Origin: Candidatus Woesearchaeota archaeon
GTDB lineage: Archaea > Nanobdellota > Nanobdellia > Woesearchaeales > UBA10216
Direction: 5' to 3'
NCBI GenBank assembly: GCA_016192915.1
Contig: JACPTF010000002.1
Location: forward strand, 67,530-131,529
DNA length: 64,000 nt
This document shows positions 57,079 through 64,000 of the stretch, piece by piece. Numbering within the stretch: the first letter of the stretch is position 1; each line of letters starts with the position of its first letter. The notes under the pieces were generated by a model. It was not told the origin of the DNA. It saw nothing but the letters and a program-made list of their open reading frames with translations, and made no database searches. A program made the position numbers and the translations under genes.

Positions 57079-58875
57079 ATGTTAAGAACCAATACCTGCG
57101 GGGAGCTGACTGCCAAAGACATAGGCAGGATTGTTACGCTGGCCGGCTGGTGCCATTCCAGAAGGGACCACGGCGGGGTAATCTTTATTGACTTGCGTGA
57201 CAGGTATGGATTAACGCAGGTAGTTCTTGACCCAAGCCACAGCAAAAAAGTCCACAAGCTGGGCGAGCACATAGGGAGGGAGTGGGTCATTTCTGCAAAA
57301 GGCAAGGTGAGGAACAGGCCTAAGGACATGGTCAATCCTAAAATGGCCACGGGTGAAATAGAGGTCCTTGTTGATGAGCTTCAGATAATAACGAAAGCCG
57401 CTGTTCCGCCAATTGAAGTGGATGACAGGGTGGAAGCCTCTGAAGATATCAGGATGAAGTACAAGTACCTTGACCTGAGAAGGCCAATGATGCAGCAACG
57501 GCTGATTTTCAGGCATAAAGCGGCTGAAGCAGTGAGGGAGTACTTCAGCAAAAACAGCTTTATTGAGATTGAAACGCCTCTCCTCGTCAGGTCAACCCCT
57601 GAGGGGGCAAGGGACTATGTCGTTCCAAGCCGGGTTAGTCCTGGAAAGTTCTATGCCCTGCCGCAAAGCCCGCAGCTGTATAAACAGATTCTGATGATAG
57701 CTGGGTTCGATAAGTATTTTCAGCTTGCAAAATGCCTCAGGGATGAGGACTTAAGAGCAGACAGGCAGCCTGAGCACACCCAGATTGACTTTGAGATAAG
57801 CTTCGTTGACGAGAAAGACGTAATGCTGTTCGTTGAGGGGCTCTACAAGCACCTGTTCAAGGAAATGCTGGAGATTGACTTAAAAACGCCGTTCCAAGTG
57901 CTGACGCACGCCGAAACAATGGCAAAATATGGCACTGACAAGCCAGACTTAAGGTTCGGCATGGAACTTACTGATGTAACAGAGATTGTGAGAAAATCAG
58001 ACTTCAAAACATTTGCATCTGAGGAGCAAGTCAAATGCGTGGTTGCTGAAAAAGACTTCAGCAGAAACGAGATAGACGAGCTAATAGGATGGGCAAAGGA
58101 AAATGGCGCAAAAGGGCTTGCGTGGATGAAAGCAACCGACAAAGGGTTGGAGTCATCAATCGTAAAGTTCTTCAGCACAGAAATACAGAAGCAGCTGCTT
58201 CTGAAAACAAAGGCAAAGAAGGGCTCGGTTCTGTTCTTCGTTGCAGACAGCAAGAAAAAGGTTGCGGAAGTCCTTGGAAAACTAAGGGTTGAGCTGGGGC
58301 AAAGGTTTGGGCTGATACCCAAATCGGCCGCTACCGATTGGGCCCAGTCGCAGCAGCGACTTGGGAATGACAAGGAATTCAAGTTCTGCTGGGTAGTTGC
58401 TTTTCCTTTGTTTGAATGGAATGCTGACGTGAATAGGTGGGAGGCAGCGCACCACATGTTCACATCGCCAAAGCCTGAGCACGCAGATTTGCTTGAGAAA
58501 GACCCGGGTAAGGTTCTCGGAAACCTTTACGACCTCGTGCTCAACGGAACAGAGTTGGGTTCTGGCTCAATACGCATTAACAGCCCAGATCTGCAGGAAA
58601 GGGTGATGAAGGTTGTTGGCTTAAGCCATGAAGCTGCCCAGGCAAAGTTTGGGTTTCTTCTTGAGGCATACAAGTTTGGAGCTCCTGTTCATGGTGGGAT
58701 GGGGATAGGATTTGACAGGACAGTAGCGCTCATGCAGGGGCTGCACGACATAAGGGAGGTTATTGCTTTTCCGAAAAACAAAAAGGCTGAGAGTCCGATG
58801 GACGGCTCGCCATCAGAAGTTGAAGAGAGGCAGCTTAAGGAGCTGCACATCAAGAGTGATGTGGTTGGAAAATGA
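57079..58875 (+). CDS. aspS: Aspartate-tRNA ligase, bacterial type with GAD domain
   Basis: RRDHGGVIFIDLRD, STPEGARDY, ALPQSPQLYKQ, RDEDLRADRQPE; 598 aa. Confidence 0.97.
   Translation: MLRTNTCGELTAKDIGRIVTLAGWCHSRRDHGGVIFIDLRDRYGLTQVVLDPSHSKKVHKLGEHIGREWVISAKGKVRNRPKDMVNPKMATGEIEVLVDELQIITKAAVPPIEVDDRVEASEDIRMKYKYLDLRRPMMQQRLIFRHKAAEAVREYFSKNSFIEIETPLLVRSTPEGARDYVVPSRVSPGKFYALPQSPQLYKQILMIAGFDKYFQLAKCLRDEDLRADRQPEHTQIDFEISFVDEKDVMLFVEGLYKHLFKEMLEIDLKTPFQVLTHAETMAKYGTDKPDLRFGMELTDVTEIVRKSDFKTFASEEQVKCVVAEKDFSRNEIDELIGWAKENGAKGLAWMKATDKGLESSIVKFFSTEIQKQLLLKTKAKKGSVLFFVADSKKKVAEVLGKLRVELGQRFGLIPKSAATDWAQSQQRLGNDKEFKFCWVVAFPLFEWNADVNRWEAAHHMFTSPKPEHADLLEKDPGKVLGNLYDLVLNGTELGSGSIRINSPDLQERVMKVVGLSHEAAQAKFGFLLEAYKFGAPVHGGMGIGFDRTVALMQGLHDIREVIAFPKNKKAESPMDGSPSEVEERQLKELHIKSDVVGK
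58318..58365. repeat. Family B doublet inserted in frame in aspS
   Basis: CCCAAATCGG-ccgcta-CCGATTGGG|CCCAGTCGC-agca-GCGACTTGGG; adds PKSAATDWAQSQQRLG. Confidence 0.92.
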
Positions 58876-59093
58876 ACCGGCTTCTGCGTTTATTTCTCTA
58901 CCTTTGTGTTAGTGTGTTGATTTTTGTTTTGATATTAATACCTGTCGGCTTTTTAGTGCAAACAGTTTCCGGCACCTGTGAATTTTCGGAAGGCACATGC
59001 GGTTCACTTCGATTATCGATCGATCTGTTAATTTTAATCGCTGTTGTGGCTGCTTCACAACTAATAACCTACAAAATTTTTACAAAATTTTGA
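58872..59093 (+). CDS. Small two-TM hypothetical protein
   Basis: ATGA overlap with aspS; two hydrophobic helices with a Cys pair in the loop. Confidence 0.6.
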   Translation: MNRLLRLFLYLCVSVLIFVLILIPVGFLVQTVSGTCEFSEGTCGSLRLSIDLLILIAVVAASQLITYKIFTKF

Positions 59094-59102
59094 GGCTGCC
59101 GA

Positions 59103-59645
59103 ATGTTTGTTCTGGTAACCAGCAACGAAAGGAAGCTTGAGGAATTCAGAGAGCTGCTGAAAGGGCTAAACTTTGAAGTTCTGAAAACAGAAAAGCCTGA
59201 GCTTAGGTCTGATGACATCTGCGAGGTTGCAAAAACAGCTGCTAAAGCTATTTGCGGGAAAATACAGAAGCCGGTTGTTGTTGAGGACTCAGGACTGTTC
59301 ATTGATGCCTTAAAGGGCTTTCCTGGAACGTGCACTGCTTACGCCTTCAAAAGGATAGGCAACAGAGGCATTCTGGAGTTAATGAAAGGAGTAAAAAACA
59401 GGCGGTGCTGGTACAAATCTGCTGTCGGCTACTGCGAGCCGGGAAAAGAGCCGGCATGCTTCCTTGGCAGCGAGGAAGGAAGAATTTCTGAGAGGGAAAA
59501 AGGCAAGGGCGGCTGGGGGCAGGACCCGATATTCGTACCGAAAGGAAAAAGCAGGACTTACGGCGAACTGAGGAAGAAGGGTGATGTTAATTTGTTTAGG
59601 AAGGAAGCGATTGAGAAGTTGAAAAGTTTTTTGGAGACAAAATGA
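59103..59645 (+). CDS. rdgB: Non-canonical purine NTP pyrophosphatase (Ham1/RdgB family)
   Basis: VTSNERK, VEDSGLFIDALKGFPG, GWGQDPIFVP. Confidence 0.92.
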   Translation: MFVLVTSNERKLEEFRELLKGLNFEVLKTEKPELRSDDICEVAKTAAKAICGKIQKPVVVEDSGLFIDALKGFPGTCTAYAFKRIGNRGILELMKGVKNRRCWYKSAVGYCEPGKEPACFLGSEEGRISEREKGKGGWGQDPIFVPKGKSRTYGELRKKGDVNLFRKEAIEKLKSFLETK

Positions 59646-60316
59646 GGACGGTAGATAGCCTTGTAAAGCTCGCAATGATGAATTTTCTAAAAGCTAGTGC
59701 TGTTTTCTATGGCGTAAAAATTTACGGTCTTGAAAATGTCGAAACTGAAAAAGGGAGTGTTTTTGGAGTCAAACACGCCAATAGTGTTGACCTTCCACTC
59801 ATGGTTCACGTGCTTCAAGGCAAAGCAACAATATTTGCATCCAGTCATATTTTCAAGAATCCGGCAGCAAACTATATGCTCACAGTGGCTGGCGCCGTAC
59901 CCCTCTATACAGCTCCAGATTATAAAGTGTTGAGATTAAACGGGGAATTGACCTCTCAGGCAGAATTAATAAAAAATGGATTGGAAGCACAAAAATGGCT
60001 GGCTTATGCACCAGAGGGAAACGTAGGCATGGGCTTTGTACGAGAGGATATTTACCCACAAATGCTAATAAAAGCAGCCAGCCACGGTCATCACACTTAC
60101 CTTGTTGGCATAAAGTTTAGGCATACTTACCACCCGTGGTTTTCTTTCGTGCGATGGCCATGGCAAAACGGAATTGAAGTTAGGATTGAGGAATACAATG
60201 CTGCTGGTAAACCACTTGGACTGGTTAAGGAAGAGGTAAGGGAATATCTAGCAAGGCTTAGCGGGCTTGATTGTTTAGAACAAAGAGTTAAACAACTAGC
60301 CCCCAGAAATAACTGA
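59642..60316 (+). CDS. PlsC-like acyltransferase
   Basis: HxxxxD (HANSVD), GAVP, APEG motifs. Confidence 0.7.
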   Translation: MRTVDSLVKLAMMNFLKASAVFYGVKIYGLENVETEKGSVFGVKHANSVDLPLMVHVLQGKATIFASSHIFKNPAANYMLTVAGAVPLYTAPDYKVLRLNGELTSQAELIKNGLEAQKWLAYAPEGNVGMGFVREDIYPQMLIKAASHGHHTYLVGIKFRHTYHPWFSFVRWPWQNGIEVRIEEYNAAGKPLGLVKEEVREYLARLSGLDCLEQRVKQLAPRNN

Positions 60317-60490
60317 CAGGATTTTAACCTCGTCTTTATCGCTCAGTGTGTCGTCTTCCGTAACAAGGCCGTTATTTTTCGCAACCAAGACTGCCGCAGG
60401 ATTGAGATTAAGCTTTTTCAGCAAAGCAGAGACCTTGCCGCTGAACTTAAGCTTCTTCCTTGCGTTTTCGCGCTCAATAAAGATTTCCAT
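60296..60490 (-). CDS. ThiS/MoaD/SAMP ubiquitin-like protein
   Basis: 64 aa ending ILSVISGG. Confidence 0.88.
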   Translation of the reverse strand: MEIFIERENARKKLKFSGKVSALLKKLNLNPAAVLVAKNNGLVTEDDTLSDKDEVKILSVISGG

Positions 60491-60770
60491 GTTTTTGAAA
60501 AAGACAGTCCTGCTTAATAAGTTTTTGAACAATTTCCAAAAATTTCCGTAAAAACAGGCATTCCTGCATTTATAAATACTAATATGGACTGGTTGCTGGC
60601 GGTTTTAGGCAAAGCTTTGCGAATTTTAGCTCTGCAGGCTCTGGAAGGGCTTTTTTCCATGGGAAAGTATGGGGTTATGCTTACTTGAAAGGTCTTGTTT
60701 AAAAATAGCAGTGTTTATAAATAAGAACAGATAAGTGCTTATAAATAGAGTTTAGGGGGTGTTTAACAGA

Positions 60771-61328
60771 ATGGGCAAGAGAGAAATCACTGTAGTGAAC
60801 ATAGTAGTAAGCACTTCTTTGGGTCATGACATTCCTCTTGAGAAGATGAATGCCATGCTTTCAAACACAGAGTACAACCCTGAGCAGTTCCCGGGGCTGG
60901 TTATAAGGATAAAGGAGCCGAAAACATCTGCCCTTGTCTTCAGCAGCGGAAAGGTTGTCTGCACAGGCGCAAGGTCTATGGATAAGGTTGAGGAGTCAAT
61001 AAAGAAGATTATCAAGAGCCTTGAGAAGATTGGCATAAAGATAACGATAAAGCCAGAAATCAAGATTCAGAACATTGTCGCTTCAGGAACGGTGGGAATG
61101 GACCTTAACCTGAACACGCTAGCAATGAAGCTCAGCAACACAGAGTACGAGCCGGAGCAGTTCCCGGGGCTTGTTTACAAGCTCATAGACGGGCCTGTAA
61201 AGGCGACATTCCTCCTTTTCAGCAACGGAAAGGTTGTCTGCACAGGAACAAAGAGCGAAGAGGAAGTCAACAAATCACTTGACAAGCTTATTGACAACCT
61301 GAAGAAGGCTTCGGGGAAGAAAGGATAA
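60771..61328 (+). CDS. tbp: TATA-box binding protein
   Basis: Two repeats NIV.S..EY.PEQFPGLV..F.[SN]GKVVCTG. Confidence 0.98.
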   Translation: MGKREITVVNIVVSTSLGHDIPLEKMNAMLSNTEYNPEQFPGLVIRIKEPKTSALVFSSGKVVCTGARSMDKVEESIKKIIKSLEKIGIKITIKPEIKIQNIVASGTVGMDLNLNTLAMKLSNTEYEPEQFPGLVYKLIDGPVKATFLLFSNGKVVCTGTKSEEEVNKSLDKLIDNLKKASGKKG

Positions 61329-61404
61329 ATTTTGCAGGGCTTAAGCACTCTTACTCTAAAACATGTTGCGGCCATGCTGAAGCAGGAATCGGCAGGCGTC
61401 AAAA

Positions 61405-63462
61405 ATGGGCGAAAAGGACATAACCGCGAAAGGCATCATGATGCTCGAAGCCACAGAGCAGATAGAGCGGTTCAAGGAATTCTTTGAAGAAATTGAAAAG
61501 AAAAACATGCTTGAAGCCGTATCATCGGGCAGGGCTTCGATAACAACTGATTTTGCAAAGCTTTCGGCGTTTGACCCAAAACTGGCTGTGGACTTGCTCG
61601 ACTATCCTGAAGAGGTAATCAAAGCCGCTGAACTGTCGATAAGGGAGATAGAGCTTCCAACAGATGTAAACAAGCTCAGGGTCAGGGTAAAAAACCTTCC
61701 GGAATCCCAGAAGCTGATGATAAGGGAGATAAGAAGCAACCACCTGGGAAGGCTCCTGGTTCTGGACGGGATTGTGAGAAGGAAATCAGATGTGAGGCCG
61801 CAAGTCATAAAAACCGAGTTTGAATGCCCTAACTGCGGGAGGATAATATCACTCCTGCAGACAGAAGCCACGTTCAAAGAGCCGAGGAGTTGCAGCTGCG
61901 GCAGAAAGGGAAACTTCAGGCTCATGGGTAAGGAGATGGTTGACGCTCAAAGCATGGTGCTGGAAGAAAACCCGGAGATGCTTGAAGGAGGAGACCAGCC
62001 AAAGCGAATAGGGGTTTTCCTTAAAGAGGACCTTGTAAGCCCGATAAGCGAGAAAAGGACTAACCCCGGAAACAGGGTAAGGGTAGTCGGAATACTGAAA
62101 GACGTGCCAGTGATAAAGCAGGGAAGCCGCTCAACAAACTACGAACTTTTAATCGATACGAATTACATAGAAACGATAGATGAGGATTTTTATGATATAA
62201 ACATTTCAAAAGAGGACGAAGAGCGCATAATGGCCCTGGCAAAAGACCCAAGAGTGTATGACAAGCTGGTTGCTGCCATTGCGCCGTCAATTTACGGCTA
62301 TGAAAAAGTGAAGGAGTCCCTCATGCTGCAGCTTATGGGTGGTGTGCAGAAAAAGCGTTCCGACGGGATTGTCTCAAGAGGGGATATCCACGTTTTGCTG
62401 GTGGGCGACCCTGGATCAGGAAAAAGCCAGCTCCTGAAAAGGGTAAGCGTCATAGCGCCGAAAGGAAGATACGTAAGCGGAGGGGGCGTAAGCGGGGCAG
62501 GCATAACGGCTGCAGTAGTCAAAGATGAAATCCTTGGGGGCTGGAGCCTTGAGGCGGGAGCACTGGTCCTTGCAAACAACGGCGTTTGCTCAATAGATGA
62601 GATGGACAAGATGAGCGAGGAGGACACAGGAGCCATGCACGAGGCGCTGGAACAGCAGAGTGTTAGTATTGCGAAGGCAAACATACAGGCAACGCTCATG
62701 GCCCGCACAACAGTCCTTGCCGCAGCAAACCCGAAATTCGGAAGGTTTGACCCGTACGGAAACATAGCAGAGCAGATAAACCTCCCGCCTGCGCTTATAA
62801 ACAGATTCGACTTGATATTCACAATAAAAGACATGCCACAGAAAGAAAATGATGAAAAGATAGCAGGCCACATACTGCAGCTGCACCAAACCCCGGACGT
62901 GCACGAGCCTGAGATTTCAACAGAATTCCTGAAAAAGTACATTTCGTATGCGAGGCAGAAAGTAAGGCCGTTTCTGGAGGATAATGCAATAGATGAAATA
63001 AAAGAATTCTACGTGCAGCTTAGAAACAGGGCAGTCAGCGACGAAAGGGCGGCAAGGGCAATACCAATATCAGCAAGGCAGCTTGAAGCCCTGGTCAGGA
63101 TGAGCGAGGCATCGGCAAAGGTAAGGCTGTCAGACAAGGTAACAAGGGAAGATGCTAAGAGGGCAATTGAGCTGTTGATGTACTGCCTGATGGAAGTAGG
63201 AAGGGAGAAAGAAACGGGCCAGATCGACATAGATAGGATAGCCACTGGCATACCGGCATCGCAAAGAGAGAAGATGTTCCTGATAAAGCAAATACTGGAC
63301 GACCTTGAAAAAGAACTAGGGAAAACTATCCCTGTAGAGGACGTTGCAAGGATTGCTGTTGAAAAAGGCCTAAGCAAGGCAGAAGTGGATGAAATAATAG
63401 AAAGGCTCAAGAGAATAGGCGATGTTTACGAGCCAAGATACGGCTTCCTGTCCAGAGTGTGA
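61405..63462 (+). CDS. mcm: MCM replicative helicase (no intein)
   Basis: CPNC..CSC Zn finger, GDPGSGKS, IDEMDKM, AANPKFGR, ARQLE. Confidence 0.97.
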   Translation: MGEKDITAKGIMMLEATEQIERFKEFFEEIEKKNMLEAVSSGRASITTDFAKLSAFDPKLAVDLLDYPEEVIKAAELSIREIELPTDVNKLRVRVKNLPESQKLMIREIRSNHLGRLLVLDGIVRRKSDVRPQVIKTEFECPNCGRIISLLQTEATFKEPRSCSCGRKGNFRLMGKEMVDAQSMVLEENPEMLEGGDQPKRIGVFLKEDLVSPISEKRTNPGNRVRVVGILKDVPVIKQGSRSTNYELLIDTNYIETIDEDFYDINISKEDEERIMALAKDPRVYDKLVAAIAPSIYGYEKVKESLMLQLMGGVQKKRSDGIVSRGDIHVLLVGDPGSGKSQLLKRVSVIAPKGRYVSGGGVSGAGITAAVVKDEILGGWSLEAGALVLANNGVCSIDEMDKMSEEDTGAMHEALEQQSVSIAKANIQATLMARTTVLAAANPKFGRFDPYGNIAEQINLPPALINRFDLIFTIKDMPQKENDEKIAGHILQLHQTPDVHEPEISTEFLKKYISYARQKVRPFLEDNAIDEIKEFYVQLRNRAVSDERAARAIPISARQLEALVRMSEASAKVRLSDKVTREDAKRAIELLMYCLMEVGREKETGQIDIDRIATGIPASQREKMFLIKQILDDLEKELGKTIPVEDVARIAVEKGLSKAEVDEIIERLKRIGDVYEPRYGFLSRV

Positions 63463-63540
63463 CCCCCAATTCGCTTTGGCGAATGGGCCCAGTCGACGCA
63501 AGTCAACTTGGGCTTTTCCTAAAAGGGTCAATCCAAAAAC
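63460..63540. repeat. Family A repeat at the mcm TGA with a nested family B doublet (63465-63512)
   Basis: TGACC[CCCAATTCGC-tttg-GCGAATGGG|CCCAGTCGAC-gcaa-GTCAACTTGGG]CTTTT-cct-AAAAGGGTCAATCCAAAAAC. Confidence 0.9.
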
Positions 63541-63557
63541 TAATTCGAAAATGAACA

Positions 63558-64000
63558 ATGCAGCAGGAAAATCAGTTCAAAAGGGAAGTTGCCAGAAAAG
63601 CAAGCGTGGCTGACATTCTTAGAGGGGCGTTTGCCGAAAATGAGGAAGGAAGCCGCACATTGCTCATAAGCGGCAAACATGCAAGAAGGGTTAACATACT
63701 TGCAACGATAGTTGACAAAAGTGGCCAAGAAAACCAGGCTTACAAAAGCGCAGTGATTGACGACGGAACAGCACGGATAAGGCTCAGGTTCTTCGATAAT
63801 GAGCCATGGCTTTTCGAAAAAGCTGGGGTAGGGGATTTTGCACTAATAGTGGGAAAGCCAAGAAGCTACGGCAGCGAAAGCTACATTGCACCGGAGATAA
63901 TAAAGCCGCTAAAGGATGTCAAGTGGGCTGAAGTGAGGAAGCTGGAACTCAAGGCATTGCAAACGCCCATGAGGGAAGGAACAGAGGAGGGCAATGCTGT
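63558..64000 (+). CDS. RPA2-like OB-fold protein (3' truncated by window)
   Basis: Manual translation MQQENQFKREVARK..RVNILATIVDK..IDDGTARIRLRFF; open to the end of the window. Confidence 0.75.
   Translation, partial: MQQENQFKREVARKASVADILRGAFAENEEGSRTLLISGKHARRVNILATIVDKSGQENQAYKSAVIDDGTARIRLRFFDNEPWLFEKAGVGDFALIVGKPRSYGSESYIAPEIIKPLKDVKWAEVRKLELKALQTPMREGTEEGNA

Noticed and set aside
60771..61328. Internal DNA repeat in tbp
   Set aside because: The normal two-repeat architecture of TBP.
195..63410. Numerous antisense ORFs in the track (for example 27602-28273, 33960-34604, 57843-58463, 62298-62942)
   Set aside because: Shadows of well-identified genes on the opposite strand.
1..64000. 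CRISPR array
   Set aside because: No regularly spaced direct repeats with unique spacers and no cas genes; the repeats found are dispersed palindromes.
1..64000. Autonomous transposase, integrase or reverse transcriptase for the hairpin elements
   Set aside because: No ORF with recognisable HUH/Y1, DDE, tyrosine recombinase or RT motifs; the orphan ORFs (31143, 34864, 42996) show none either.

Overview
Archaeal chromosomal window, most likely a DPANN/Woesearchaeota-like lineage (inferred from the fused PriS-PriL primase, bacterial-type AspRS/LeuRS and trimmed ribosomal superoperons). It is mostly housekeeping: end of the A/V-ATPase operon (atpC-F-A-B-D, with a 360-aa LAGLIDADG intein in atpB), the S10-spc cluster (rpl3 to secY, rpl14e), pheST, htpX, tfe, primase, the alpha cluster (rps13 to rpoD, intron-containing tRNA-Leu, rpl18e to rps9, rpoN), leuS, nadK, SRP RNA, transketolase, trpS, topA, a HerA-like ATPase, translin, gatCA-aspS, tbp and mcm. 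The most unusual signal is a set of tiny structured repeats. Family B is a ~48-bp head-to-head doublet of a bulged hairpin (unit CA-N-TC..loop..GA-N'-TTG, 8 doublets). It lies in intergenic DNA, nests inside itself and inside family A, and adds exactly 16 in-frame codons to gatA and to aspS. Family A (TGACC(C)TTTT..AAAAGG(G/T)TCAATCCAAAAAC, 6 copies) starts at TGA stop codons in four cases, supplies the rpl15 stop in inverted orientation, and forms the 5' two-thirds of the tRNA-Leu intron. No mobilising enzyme is visible in the window. Also noted: a free-standing HTH-LAGLIDADG gene before rpoN, a frameshift in rpoN at TTT-TAG, a diverged duplicate of the nadK 3' end bracketing a glycosyltransferase, and an mgtC pseudogene. 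All calls come from reading motifs by eye; no database searches were run.
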